DNA of 64,000 nt from Phycisphaerae bacterium (GCA_963675765.1 OY776568.1:347558-411557); one strand, 5' to 3'; shown: positions 1 to 10,268, numbered from the stretch's first letter. The notes: a model not told the origin generated them from the letters alone. Made by a program: numbers and translations.

Positions 1-2
1 TT

Positions 3-1961
3 CAAACAGACCCCCATAAGTGCGCCTTCGGTAAATGGCTCGATGGAGAATCGTGCAAGAAGCTCTGCCAGCAATGGCCTGAATTCTCCAAGGCCGTCGA
101 TGAAGTAACCCAACATCATCAGCAACTGCACGCCTCCGCCATCACTATCGCTGAGAATTGGCGCCAAGTCCATCCCGGCCTTGAGAATACCATCAAGGAT
201 CGTCTCGATGACCACCGCAAGTGGGCTGCAGCAGTCGCCAACTCCCTCATCGCCAATGAAGACCTAACCGTTCAAACTGATCCGACGAAATGCGCTCTCG
301 GAAAATGGCTCGGAAGCGAAGAATGCACGAGTCTCACTTCCGATTGGCCTGAGTTCGCCGCCGTTATTGACAGCGTGCGCCAACACCACATCGCCCTCCA
401 CGCAACGGCTGTCAGCATTGCAAAAGCCACAGAGCCAGCAGACAAAACGAGAATCTACCAGCAGCAGACTCTGCAGGAACTCGACACTATCGGCAACCTC
501 CTTCACCAAGCGGTTGCTCTGGAAGCCCAAAACACTCGAGGAGCACAAGCCGCACACGAAGTCTACATGGCCACTACTCTGCCCGCGCTCGGTGCCGTCG
601 CCGCCAGCTTCGACCACGTAATGAAGCTCGAATCCGAACTCGTCGAAGCCCAAAACAAGGCTCGCGAAGTGTACGAGACCGTGACTCTGACCGCCCTCAA
701 CAACACTCGTGGGGCAATACACAAATGCCGCGAACACGCCAGTTCCGCTCTTGAAGGAATGAACCGCGCCAATTCAGTGTTTTCCAAAAACACCAAGCCA
801 TGCCTCGAAAACGTGCAGAGAATCCTGAACGACGTCCGAAAAGAAGTCAAAGCCAACATAATGACCGACGATGCAATGCTCGCATCCGCACAAACCACCA
901 AACGCAATGTCACTATCGTCGGTGCTGTCGCTATCGTTAGCGGAATCATCCTCGCCCTGACTATAACCGGCGGCATTGTGAAATCACTCACCCGCATTAT
1001 CGCCGATCTCAATGAAGGTGCCGACCAGGTGAACGAAGCCGCAATGCAAGTATCAACCGCCTCTCAGCAACTGGCCGCAGGAGCCGGCGAACAGGCAGCC
1101 TCCCTCGAAGAAACGAGTGCCGCGCTCGAGGAAATGGCCGCCATGACCAGAACCAATGCCGAAAACGCCTCCAGCGCCAACAACCTCAGCACCAAAGCAA
1201 GAGTGTCCGCTGAAGACGGCGACAAAACCATGCAACAGCTCAACAGAGCCATGTCCGCTATCAACGACTCCTCCAGCCAAATAAGCAAGATCATCAAGGT
1301 AATCGAGGAAATAGCCTTCCAGACTAACCTTCTCGCCCTCAACGCAGCCGTCGAAGCCGCCCGCGCCGGAGAGCATGGTAAGGGTTTCGCCGTAGTCGCT
1401 GACGAAGTGCGCAGCCTAGCACAAAGAGCCGCCCAAGCCGCCGGCGAGACTACCTCACTGATCGAAGACTCCGTCGGGAAAGCAAAAGAGGGCGCAGACG
1501 TCGCCGGCGATGTCGCTAAATCCCTCGATGCCATTGTTGAGGATGTGTCCGGCGTAACCGGACTCCTCAACGGAATCAGCACCGCCTCTCAAGAGCAGGC
1601 GTTGGGTGTCGACCAAGTCAGCACTGCCGTCTCTCGCGTCGATCGCGTCACTCAGCAGAATGCCTCCAGCGCCGAGGAGACCGCCTGCGCAGCAGAAGAA
1701 ATGTCTGCCCAAGCCGCCACCGTAAAGCTCATCGTCGATGACCTCTCACGCATGGTCGGCGTCCAGACACATGCACATGTCCACACCACTCAGCCGACGA
1801 CGGCCAACCCAAAAACACAGAAACCTCAGCCGTCGGCTACCAAAGTCGATGCGCAAAACCCCCCGCAGCCCAAGACACAGGGAAAACACCCGGCATCCGA
1901 CGACTTCCTCGCCCTCGACGAACAGGAGAACAAACAAGCAGAATCCCTGGCCGAGTTCTAA
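3..1961 (+). CDS. Methyl-accepting chemotaxis protein with tandem CZB (zinc-binding) domains; 5' end lies outside the window
   Basis: The frame of ORF 375..1961 is open back to base 3. It has two CZB-like repeats ([13 protein letters not shown]...HHQQLH; HRKW...[13 protein letters not shown]...HHIALH), one TM helix ([19 protein letters not shown]) and the MCP hairpin [34 protein letters not shown]. Confidence 0.93.
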   Translation, partial: QTDPHKCAFGKWLDGESCKKLCQQWPEFSKAVDEVTQHHQQLHASAITIAENWRQVHPGLENTIKDRLDDHRKWAAAVANSLIANEDLTVQTDPTKCALGKWLGSEECTSLTSDWPEFAAVIDSVRQHHIALHATAVSIAKATEPADKTRIYQQQTLQELDTIGNLLHQAVALEAQNTRGAQAAHEVYMATTLPALGAVAASFDHVMKLESELVEAQNKAREVYETVTLTALNNTRGAIHKCREHASSALEGMNRANSVFSKNTKPCLENVQRILNDVRKEVKANIMTDDAMLASAQTTKRNVTIVGAVAIVSGIILALTITGGIVKSLTRIIADLNEGADQVNEAAMQVSTASQQLAAGAGEQAASLEETSAALEEMAAMTRTNAENASSANNLSTKARVSAEDGDKTMQQLNRAMSAINDSSSQISKIIKVIEEIAFQTNLLALNAAVEAARAGEHGKGFAVVADEVRSLAQRAAQAAGETTSLIEDSVGKAKEGADVAGDVAKSLDAIVEDVSGVTGLLNGISTASQEQALGVDQVSTAVSRVDRVTQQNASSAEETACAAEEMSAQAATVKLIVDDLSRMVGVQTHAHVHTTQPTTANPKTQKPQPSATKVDAQNPPQPKTQGKHPASDDFLALDEQENKQAESLAEF

Positions 1962-2211
1962 CGCGTTATCAAGCTGCTCTTATGGCGTAATCGATCCGGG
2001 CGTGCCGCAGGAAAACGAAAACTCACCGCGGCATACCGGCCAGCAAACGCTGCAAGTGAACGCACCTTGCCCGGGCCCTTAGCGTGCCTGCGGACGAGAG
2101 ATGATCCGCTTCACTAGCGCGCTCTGGACGTCCAGGCCACCGGTCGCTGCAAGTCATCCGGCCACGACCGGGTGCACCGAAGAACAATCTTCCCCACTAC
2201 TCAGTCGTCAC

Positions 2212-2922
2212 CTACCGGCGGCGAACGATCACAACCGCTCCGCAAACCAGCAACAACACACTGGCAGGCTCCGGTATACAGATCGTATCAACAACAACCT
2301 CAGAGACGATTGACTTGGCCCCTATCGCCAGCGGAGGCACAATGTGGATAATCTCCAAATCGGGATTAGGTTCCAAACGGAAATCCGCCACTAGAACTGC
2401 CCAATTCGGATCGGCCAAATCGATGATCTGCGTACCCTGCGGTATGATGGCGTAGTCCATACTGGTATCGGGCTCAACGAGCGGAATGTCCTCATTGATG
2501 TCATACGTCACCTGAACGCGGACCAGCTTGTACGACTCCGGCGGGCTGAAAAGACGGTTCGGAAGCAAAACATCTAGCGCACTGCGATAGCCCATCGAGT
2601 TGTCGTCCAGCAACGTCCAGGCTCCACCCGGTCCAGGCCCCAGCGGCTTTTGGTAGTCTGTTGCCGCAGGAGCGAACGCAGTTAGCTCGGGCGTGCCATA
2701 CGGATTACTGCTGCCGCCGTCTGCGCCATAATACGTCCCCTGCGTGCCACTGTTGTACTTGACCGACAGAAAATCCCAAGCCTGCCAAGTTGAGTTCGAA
2801 TCGCCCCGCCAGTACGGCGCGGCCACATCCTCACCCAACGCGGAAGGAGCGAGTACCATCAACACGGCGCTCACCCCCAGCACTACACCTACCCACCTTC
2901 GTATCAATACCTCCGTTTTCAT
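2212..2922 (-). CDS. PEP-CTERM sorting-domain protein
   Basis: The C-terminus reads IPEPASVLLLVCGAVVIVRRR and the N-terminus has a signal peptide. The start was moved to ATG 2922 because AAGGAGGAG lies just upstream. Confidence 0.9.
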   Translation of the reverse strand: MKTEVLIRRWVGVVLGVSAVLMVLAPSALGEDVAAPYWRGDSNSTWQAWDFLSVKYNSGTQGTYYGADGGSSNPYGTPELTAFAPAATDYQKPLGPGPGGAWTLLDDNSMGYRSALDVLLPNRLFSPPESYKLVRVQVTYDINEDIPLVEPDTSMDYAIIPQGTQIIDLADPNWAVLVADFRLEPNPDLEIIHIVPPLAIGAKSIVSEVVVDTICIPEPASVLLLVCGAVVIVRRR

Positions 2923-3457
2923 GGTCAATTCTCCTCCTTTGGAATCTGTTCCCTCCTCGACACGAACTACCGTTAGCCCATATCGTTGGGGAATTCCCAT
3001 TGACCCGTATCCTTGAGAGAGACCTACCCGAAATCCGACCATATCCATCCATTATACATCACCCCCCGCCGTTACCCCCAAACCTTCTCTAACTCTTTTT
3101 CCTCTCCCCAACCCGCGCCCACCAACGCCTTACTCACCACCCCTCCCCGACCACGCTGATCAGCTACGCCTACCGCGAAACCGCTAACTCCCTATGTAAC
3201 AATGACTTGCACAACCAGCGACAGTGGTGAATCCCCAAATGAAAGGTAATCGCAGCTAAGCACGGCAGACATCAGCCGGCGACGCGAAATAACCCAAACT
3301 CACACAAACACCCAATGTGCCACGAACTGTCACCCGTCTGCTCTTCTCTTCCCCTCTCGCGCACATCGCCAAGCTGCATATCCCGCCCGCAGCTCGCCGT
3401 CACCAACCCAGAAAAAGGCCAAGTGGCCATCCGCCCCAACCGCTTCCATCCCCCATC

Positions 3458-3955
3458 CTACATGGCCTCTGCCGTTCCTATTTCTGCCAATGCATGTTTT
3501 ACCGTAGACACGACAACATCCTCTATGTCGTATCCTGAACAGTTGCGTAGCGCCGTCTCGCAATGCCTCAGACAAGTACGTTTCTTGCCACGCTCACCAT
3601 ATATCAACGCCAATTCGCCATGCGCCTCAGGGTTCTTCGGTGATATTCTCAACGCTTGCCGAAGACACTTCTCCTTCGATCGAACCTGCACGTAGAGGTC
3701 GGCCAACTGCAACCAAAGAAGCTCCGCAGGACCATCGCCTCGGGCAATCGCTCGACGAATGAATCCTATTGTTCTTGCCTTCATCAAAGCTGCGTCCCGC
3801 CTACGTCCCTTCACCAGGTAGGTGTAAAAATACTCCTCCGCACGCCGACGAGCTTCAACCAAAACAGGACAGCTTGATTCCTTCGCATTCGCTTCGCCCC
3901 TTCGTCTGGCCGCCATAGCACACTCCGACCTACACTGCAGAAAAACCAACCTCAA
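3458..3955 (-). CDS. Small TPR-like helical protein (start uncertain)
   Basis: TPR-like pattern LRQALRISPKNPEAHGELALIY; co-oriented with the island genes. Confidence 0.6.
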   Translation of the reverse strand: MRLVFLQCRSECAMAARRRGEANAKESSCPVLVEARRRAEEYFYTYLVKGRRRDAALMKARTIGFIRRAIARGDGPAELLWLQLADLYVQVRSKEKCLRQALRISPKNPEAHGELALIYGERGKKRTCLRHCETALRNCSGYDIEDVVVSTVKHALAEIGTAEAM

Positions 3956-3960
3956 CTACA

Positions 3961-4425
3961 TCAACGAGCCTTTTGCTCTCGCCGAAAGGCTCGATACGCC
4001 GTAATCGAGTTGATGAAGCACCAAAACCACAAAAGACATGCAATCAGAATCCCCAGGACAAGCTCCATAGGATACTTGCCCATGTTCGAGAAGAACATAT
4101 GCAAGCTGCCGACAAAGCCGACGCCGACAGACAACATAATCACAATCGTTATTGCCATGTACTTCTGTCGAGCAAACATACAACCCAGATACGCCAGAAC
4201 GGCGTACCATGCTGTGGATAATACAACTCCCAAAAACGTCTTCAGGACAGAGAGAGGAATACCACAGGGATTCCTAATCACAATGAATGAAAGAAACAGC
4301 CAGCCGTACACAACGAAGAGGAACATTCCGTTTCTGACAGTCTTACACCTAACCACTACGTTTCCAGATGGCTGTTTTGACATACTAACAGGAACCTCAC
4401 AAAATCGACGATTCATTTGAATCAT
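3961..4425 (-). CDS. Hypothetical multi-pass membrane protein (about 4 TM), possible immunity protein
   Basis: Four hydrophobic segments in 154 aa; located in the Rhs island. Confidence 0.6.
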   Translation of the reverse strand: MIQMNRRFCEVPVSMSKQPSGNVVVRCKTVRNGMFLFVVYGWLFLSFIVIRNPCGIPLSVLKTFLGVVLSTAWYAVLAYLGCMFARQKYMAITIVIMLSVGVGFVGSLHMFFSNMGKYPMELVLGILIACLLWFWCFINSITAYRAFRREQKAR

Positions 4426-4617
4426 ATCGAACCAGGACCGGATCCTTCTCTGCTATTCGGCGACTGTCCAGTGACACGTGACCTTGACTGCTGGAGAACA
4501 GTAGACAAGACGGGTTCCATACGTTCACCAAAACAGGGTTGACAGTTTAATTAGCTACGTCCGCGTTCCGAATTCCGATCGCGAGTTGCCACCCACATCG
4601 GCGTTCGCCTCCTTCCT

Positions 4618-5013
4618 TCAGTATCGCCACGGTCGCCAGATCCTTTCCAGTTCTTCGATACTGTAACCCCTACCGCACTCTGGGCACTTTCCCTGGTCAG
4701 GCAGCCCGCTAAGCAAGTACCCGCACTGCGGACAAACTCGATACTCATCATCAGCCACACGCGCAACAAACTTACGCCTCGCCTTATCATCTAACACGAT
4801 ATGGAGGAACACGAAAACGAATGTAATAACACATAACACCAACCCAATGGCGTCTGAAAACCTCGGCGATGAAGGTTCCAGACCGAACAGAAAGATCGCG
4901 CCGATAACACCCAAACCCGCAGTTGCTATCCATGCAACAGCCAAACGTCGCCTGCGCCAAAACGGTTTTAGTACTACCTGCCCCCTGATGTTCTTGTCGC
5001 TTGGGTCCGGCAT
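4618..5013 (-). CDS. 2-TM membrane protein with C-terminal zinc ribbon
   Basis: Two TM helices followed by CPQCGYLLSGLPDQGKCPECG. Confidence 0.8.
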   Translation of the reverse strand: MPDPSDKNIRGQVVLKPFWRRRRLAVAWIATAGLGVIGAIFLFGLEPSSPRFSDAIGLVLCVITFVFVFLHIVLDDKARRKFVARVADDEYRVCPQCGYLLSGLPDQGKCPECGRGYSIEELERIWRPWRY

Positions 5014-5042
5014 GAGCGTTGACCTTTCTTGATCACTTGTAC

Positions 5043-5136
5043 TATAGCGTCACTAATCCAAGTGTAGCGTCAAACACCCGAAACCTACCGGAGAAAACAG
5101 GCATGCAGCTGCTACACTCGGATAGACCTTGCTCTA
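5043..5136 (+). mobile_element. 94-bp MITE copy 1 (IS630-related)
   Basis: Runs TATAGC...GCTCTA with 26-bp imperfect TIRs (TATAGCGTCACTAATCCAAGTGTAGC / revcomp TAGAGCAAGGTCTATCCGAGTGTAGC). It aligns with copies at 17414, 46489, 46710, 58725 and 59483. Confidence 0.75.
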
Positions 5137-5308
5137 GCCGCCAGTGTAACAATGTTCCCTACCCGATTCACCCAAGTGGTTATTCAGCCGTCGCCGTGCA
5201 GCCGCAGGTCACCGTGGAGAAACTGGCAACGTACGGAATTCCAGCCCCCACTCCTTCCCGTCTTCTGCTTCCGCCTTGACCAACATTCATGCGCTGCCAC
5301 GAAAGAAA

Positions 5309-5348
5309 AACCCACCTTGCTCGCAAGTCTGGACGAGCAAGGTGGGTT
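5309..5348. repeat. REP-like or terminator hairpin, copy 1 of the CCCRCCTTG...CAAGGYGGG family
   Basis: Perfect 15-bp inverted repeat AACCCACCTTGCTCG / CGAGCAAGGTGGGTT with a 10-nt loop, followed by a T-tract on the minus strand. Confidence 0.7.
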
Positions 5349-5442
5349 ACCTAGAGTAGTTGAAGCTGTGCCGCGAGGAAGTCGGCAGAAAGCTTGAGAA
5401 TTCAACTAGCCACGTCCCCATACTAAACCCCTGTTTGATTTC

Positions 5443-5958
5443 TCACCAACTTCCACGCTTCCAGTCTTTTGATCGCCACGTGTTCTGAATATCCTTGGAT
5501 TGGTATTTCACGCCACACTCAGGACACACATGCTCTTCGGGCAAGTTCCACAAATCATAACCGCAATTGAGGCATACGGTTATATCTGCTGACTTCGCAT
5601 TCCGTAAGATTTTAGCTGCGCGGTATCTCAAAGACAGATAAATAATGATTAGTACGCTGGGTACAAGGGAATTGAATATTAAGGCTTGCGGGTAAAATGA
5701 CGCCAGTGTTCCAGCCAGTCCGGATCTACAATCCGACAGATAAAGCACGAGAATAGTTAACGCGCTCAACCATGTGACATATAAACAAATCCAACATAAT
5801 CGGCTAATCCGTATATGCCTACGCACAATCCTTGGGAAGTTGCCTATGCCTCTCAACAGCTTTCCTCCATAGGTGAGCTCGGGGAACACTTTTCCCAACC
5901 CATTTGCGTGCACTGTGCCTACTCTTGAGAGGTCGTATCCGTACGCAGCCGTAAACAC
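5443..5958 (-). CDS. 2-TM membrane protein with C-terminal zinc ribbon (start uncertain)
   Basis: TM helices followed by CLNCGYDLWNLPEEHVCPECG. Confidence 0.8.
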   Translation of the reverse strand: MFTAAYGYDLSRVGTVHANGLGKVFPELTYGGKLLRGIGNFPRIVRRHIRISRLCWICLYVTWLSALTILVLYLSDCRSGLAGTLASFYPQALIFNSLVPSVLIIIYLSLRYRAAKILRNAKSADITVCLNCGYDLWNLPEEHVCPECGVKYQSKDIQNTWRSKDWKRGSW

Positions 5959-6165
5959 TGGAACGCTAACAGCCGATACTACCCCACCTCAAGCTTATCT
6001 AGAGCAGTCCTTGACTACCGAAGCATGGGAGATTACCTCCACACCGCAAGATGGCCAGGAACGTCACCGTTCGCCGAGTAGTCCCCAAATCAATCTTGGC
6101 CACTCCTCCCCTGCATCCGTCTGCGTCACATCGCCCCCACCCAACCCGGTCACACAACATCATGC

Positions 6166-6738
6166 TCAGGAACTCTCGTCCCTCTGATCGAGGTCACGTT
6201 TGTCAATGGGTATGACTACGCACCGGAACTCGATCTCATTCAACGGGAGACCACAGGCGGACAGCTTGAGCCACTCTACAGGGAAAGGCCATCCACATTC
6301 GGGACAGCGCGCTCTTCCCGAAACACCCACAAGTGAGTACCCACACTTGCCACACTTGAGGTCCGGCAGAATACGCTTCTGCCAGTCCAATGGAATTACC
6401 TGCGAAAACCGCAGAGAAGTGGCTCTTCCGCAAACAGAGCATACTAGCACACTAATCGGCATATACCGATACAGTGCGTGGACGACCAGCACGCCCACAG
6501 CGAGACCAACCACCTTCGCAACCCCCAAGGAAACCTGCGATGCAACCTGCTCACGTACAATCCACACAAATGGAATACTCAACAGGCAAATGAGCAAACA
6601 CAACACCACCAACACCCAATGTACCCGGCACTTTGATTTAAAGATCCTGTACATTCCCAGTGCCACCCTACCAGGCGAATTGCACTTCGCGCAACAAGAA
6701 TGAACGAGCACTCTCTTCATTGCCAACCTCTTCCACAA
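6166..6738 (-). CDS. 2-TM membrane protein with zinc ribbon(s)
   Basis: CGKCGYSLVGVSGRARCPECG, plus extra CAKC and CSVC pairs, flanking two TM helices. Confidence 0.8.
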   Translation of the reverse strand: MWKRLAMKRVLVHSCCAKCNSPGRVALGMYRIFKSKCRVHWVLVVLCLLICLLSIPFVWIVREQVASQVSLGVAKVVGLAVGVLVVHALYRYMPISVLVCSVCGRATSLRFSQVIPLDWQKRILPDLKCGKCGYSLVGVSGRARCPECGWPFPVEWLKLSACGLPLNEIEFRCVVIPIDKRDLDQRDESS

Positions 6739-7120
6739 TACCTTTTCGTGGACCGAACAATCATCACGCCAACGTGCACAGTAGTAACATGCCCATGTGC
6801 TCAGCGTCCGTTCAGTTCCCTAAGAATCAATAGCACTCCGTTTCTTCACCGTGTGGCTTTGCTTGCCTCCGCATGTCTCCATGAAGAAGGGCAACACCGG
6901 AGCGTAGCGACCTTCTCGCACACGGTATGCCCTCTTCAATCTAGAAACTCTCACCGCAACAGCCGAATTGGATCCTCTCATCAAGATGCACCAAAGTCGT
7001 GACTTGCTATTCGTAACCGGTGCTTCGCATCCATCTCCGCCGCGGGCGAAACATTCCATTGTCGACGCGATTGCTCCATCGCAGTAACAACCGACGACTA
7101 TCTCCTTCTGCAATACATCA

Positions 7121-7159
7121 GCCCGCCTTGCATGCTGGAAGCCGGCAAACAAGGCGGGT
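7121..7159. repeat. REP-like hairpin, copy 2
   Basis: GCCCGCCTTG...CAAGGCGGGT, with the same stem as the hairpins at 5309 and 12495; about 33 bp downstream of 7192..7530. Confidence 0.65.
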
Positions 7160-7191
7160 TCTTTAGGTTTAGAAACAAATTATGAATTTAA

Positions 7192-7530
7192 CTATCTACG
7201 TTCCGGTTTCGAATCCGTTCCGAATCGCGAAGCCTTCTTGGAGAACACCAAATACGCAAAAGCGTAAATCACATTCGGAACACATCCTAGATCAACAAAC
7301 AACGGAATCCACCAGCGATTTGCCGCTCCTTGAATCGGAACAACAAGGAGAAATAACACACCAAAGATACCTCCAACTAGGGGTATTAACGATTGATCCT
7401 TCCGTTTCATTATGGTTGCTAAAAACAGTATCACACCATTACCGATTGCACTGATAATGAACACTAACGCAAATACCCCGCTCAGGCACCAACGTAAGAT
7501 ACCATAATCCATTGTTCGACTCGCTAACAC
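7192..7530 (-). CDS. Putative membrane immunity protein for Rhs cassette A
   Basis: Starts 4 bp after the Rhs stop; 3-TM protein (SLIPLVGGIFGVLFLL...WWIPLFVDLGC). Confidence 0.7.
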   Translation of the reverse strand: MLASRTMDYGILRWCLSGVFALVFIISAIGNGVILFLATIMKRKDQSLIPLVGGIFGVLFLLVVPIQGAANRWWIPLFVDLGCVPNVIYAFAYLVFSKKASRFGTDSKPERR

Positions 7531-7533
7531 AAG

Positions 7534-10050
7534 CTAGGGACCAAATACTCTCTGTCCCAGCGATCCCTTAATCCAGTTTATTGGATTATACAGATTCGGC
7601 CAATGTAAAGAACTTGCGCAAACAAGGTAATTTACACCAGAAGAGTAACTTGCGTACAAGTTAGAGAATCCAGGCTGCCATTTTCCAGAGAACAGGTAGT
7701 TCAGCCAAGATACTCTTCCATTCATTACCCAGTTACCGGCAACCAATCCCGGAGGGCCCCAACGACTTACTATAACATAGCCTGTACGACTCGCCAGCAC
7801 GGACGATCCGAACGCATATCCCGCCCAACCACCGACAGCGATACCAACACTAGCACCAATGGCTTCCCCATAAGCTCGCCCATCCGACATTTCCGCAAGC
7901 GTCTCCGTCGAATGAACTTCCATCCACACATGCTCAGCTATCCACTCGTGAAAACCATTGCTGCCATCCCAGAAGTCTTGCCCGTTAGGATCAATCCGAC
8001 TAACCGGATTATTCCCACAATAGCCATACACATTCAATCCACCAGAAATCCCAATCGGATCCCGCTGCAGGAATCGCCCGGTCGACGGATCGTAGTACCT
8101 AGCTCCCGTATGCATAAACGGAAAACCATCAGTAGCGCTACGACCCAGAAGGTTATCCGGCACGCCGTCGCCGCGATAGGTTGTTCCGCCATCACCGGAA
8201 TCGTAATCGTGCTCCTCATAGCCGTGAGCACCCACATAACCATACCGACTGGCCACCCCGCTGTCCAAAGTAACGATCTCACCGAACGCCGTCCGCACCG
8301 AAACTAGCGAACTGGTCACCGTACCGCCCGTGTCCGTCTTGAACCACGTCGAACCCAGCAGGTCCGTGTGCAGATAGCTCACCGTTCGCGGAGTAGTACC
8401 CAAATCGATCTCGGCCACTCCTGGCAAATAGGCAAACAGCTCATCCGGATCATCATCCGGCTCGCGATAATCCACAACCGGAGCGTTACCAATGTAGTCG
8501 GTAAACGTCCTCTCGGCCCCGCCACTCGCCGGAGTAAGGCCATCGTCCAACTCGACATCTGAGACCCGCTGACGAGCACTAAGGTAACTGAACCTGCGCC
8601 CCCACTTGCGCTCGTACCCATCCTGCGGGTAAACGGTGTCACCGCAGAACTCGCTATTGCAGAACGCTCCCATGATCAGGAATGGATGCGATTCACTTCC
8701 GTCGGCATCAACGAATCCGTTCTTCGTAGGATCGCCGCCCTGGTTCAACACCAACAGCAGGTGATTCTCCTCACCGCTCTCCGTACTATCCGCGTCGTCC
8801 GGATCACCTGCCAGCCAACCTCCGTACACGTAGCCGCCCGGCAACGGAGTAACACCTTCCGGCCACCAGGAAAACTGCCAACCCAGTGCATCGCCGGCAG
8901 GATCTGCCCACTCCCAGCAATACGCAGGATTGCTGTTGCATGGGTAGTTGGGATCATTGAAGAAGTTGCCGCTGCTCTCCTGATAGCCACCGACCCAGTA
9001 TGATATCTCCGTATCATCCTGCGGCCGGAAGGCCTCTACGAACCAATCCAAATCAGACTGATCTTCGATCTGCGCTAATCCATAAAGCTCGTCATCGCTA
9101 CTGTACGTAGTATCAATATAGCTCTGGGCCCCGCTCCACGTCCTCGCCTCAGCCGGATCGGAAACCGCTAAAATCCCAACAACACCGTTGAATGACGAAC
9201 GCGTCATGTAGCGCCAATCGTCCACCCACTCGTCGTTCGACACTACGCGCACTCTACCCATGGCGTCATAATCCAGACGAGTGCCCTTGTAGCCCACTTC
9301 CTCGCTACTTTGAGTGGTAATGCGATCGATGTTGCCGTATACGTTGTAGTAGTACCACGTCGTCTCCACTATGGGATCACCGCCACCCGGACGCGGTTTG
9401 CTACTCACGTAGTACATCAAACGGTTGTTGTTGCTGCCGTACTTCTCCACACCGTCGACCGGGTTACTGTTCTCGTCGACCGTATCGACGTCGTAGTAGT
9501 AGGCCACGCTCTCCGTCTGTACGCCATTCTGCTGCACTACCTTACTCTTGCGATTCCCGCCATTATCGTAGGTGTAGCTAATGTCGTAGATGGCCGTCGC
9601 CTGCCCATCAATCAAACGCCGCTCCCGAGTAAGACGGTTGCGATTGTCGTACTCGAACAGAGTGTGATACAGATTGCTGTCCAAGCCACTATCCGAGATC
9701 TGCGTAATCCGACCGCCGTCATCATATAGATAGGTCAGCACCTGAGGAGTGCCCTCACCGGTATCATGGGTAATCGTAAACACCCGACCGTCCGTGTAGT
9801 AATTGTAATCCACTGTCGTCCCGTTTCCATGTGTGATCACATCAACCTGACCGATAGTGGTGTACGTGTAACTCGCCTGGGCATCGGTCACGTTATTCTC
9901 ATCTACTGCCAAAACTGTGGCCACCTGTCCACGGGCGTTTAGCGTTGTGGTTATCTCCCTGCTTCCCACCGTTACCGTTGCCGTTCCCACGGCGTCATCG
10001 TAGGTGTTGTCCGTATCACGAATGTCAGCCGGTCCTCCATCCTCTAGCAT
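7534..10050 (-). CDS. Rhs cassette A (N-truncated): YD repeats, inserted C-type-lectin-like domain, Rhs-associated core, toxin tip A
   Basis: YD/RHS repeats, core GARYYDPSTGRFLQRDPIG...NLYxY-like NVYGYCGNNPVSRIDPNG, then a unique tip of about 147 aa. Confidence 0.92.
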   Translation of the reverse strand: MLEDGGPADIRDTDNTYDDAVGTATVTVGSREITTTLNARGQVATVLAVDENNVTDAQASYTYTTIGQVDVITHGNGTTVDYNYYTDGRVFTITHDTGEGTPQVLTYLYDDGGRITQISDSGLDSNLYHTLFEYDNRNRLTRERRLIDGQATAIYDISYTYDNGGNRKSKVVQQNGVQTESVAYYYDVDTVDENSNPVDGVEKYGSNNNRLMYYVSSKPRPGGGDPIVETTWYYYNVYGNIDRITTQSSEEVGYKGTRLDYDAMGRVRVVSNDEWVDDWRYMTRSSFNGVVGILAVSDPAEARTWSGAQSYIDTTYSSDDELYGLAQIEDQSDLDWFVEAFRPQDDTEISYWVGGYQESSGNFFNDPNYPCNSNPAYCWEWADPAGDALGWQFSWWPEGVTPLPGGYVYGGWLAGDPDDADSTESGEENHLLLVLNQGGDPTKNGFVDADGSESHPFLIMGAFCNSEFCGDTVYPQDGYERKWGRRFSYLSARQRVSDVELDDGLTPASGGAERTFTDYIGNAPVVDYREPDDDPDELFAYLPGVAEIDLGTTPRTVSYLHTDLLGSTWFKTDTGGTVTSSLVSVRTAFGEIVTLDSGVASRYGYVGAHGYEEHDYDSGDGGTTYRGDGVPDNLLGRSATDGFPFMHTGARYYDPSTGRFLQRDPIGISGGLNVYGYCGNNPVSRIDPNGQDFWDGSNGFHEWIAEHVWMEVHSTETLAEMSDGRAYGEAIGASVGIAVGGWAGYAFGSSVLASRTGYVIVSRWGPPGLVAGNWVMNGRVSWLNYLFSGKWQPGFSNLYASYSSGVNYLVCASSLHWPNLYNPINWIKGSLGQRVFGP

Positions 10051-10051
10051 A

Positions 10052-10268
10052 CGCTGAGAATGCCTCGATCACGTCACCATACTCAACAGAAGACAGCCTT
10101 GGTCGAATCCTGAGAAGCCACTTCAGGTACTATAACGAACCACGCTGCCATCTTCTCTTGGATCGCAACGCCTCGACACTCCGTCGAGTTGAGCGTCCAT
10201 CAGAAGGCCAAGTCGTTGCGATTCTGCAAGTCAGCGGGTTGCATCATCGCCATTGCTGCGCGACTTGA
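10052..10268 (+). pseudogene. C-terminal remnant of an integrase-core (rve, IS3-like) transposase
   Basis: Translates with a stop and a frameshift as ECLDHVTILN / EDSLGRILRSHFRYYNEPRCHLLLDRN...VSGLHHRH, matching the ECLDHxIxLxExHLRRIL...YY...H...GGLHHRY tail typical of these transposases. Confidence 0.8.

Noticed and set aside
3183-3210. CTAACTCC...GACTTGC imperfect palindrome resembling a recombinase or regulator site
   Set aside because: Single imperfect instance; it cannot be distinguished from chance here.
5925-6003. Possible highly degenerate MITE copy upstream of 5443..5958
   Set aside because: Only patchy similarity (ACGCAGCCGTAAACAC, AAGCTTATCTA) and the spacing does not fit 94 bp. 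It needs an alignment score to support it.
6820-7152. 110-aa ORF
   Set aside because: No motif, it overlaps a REP-like hairpin, and it is probably decayed or non-coding.
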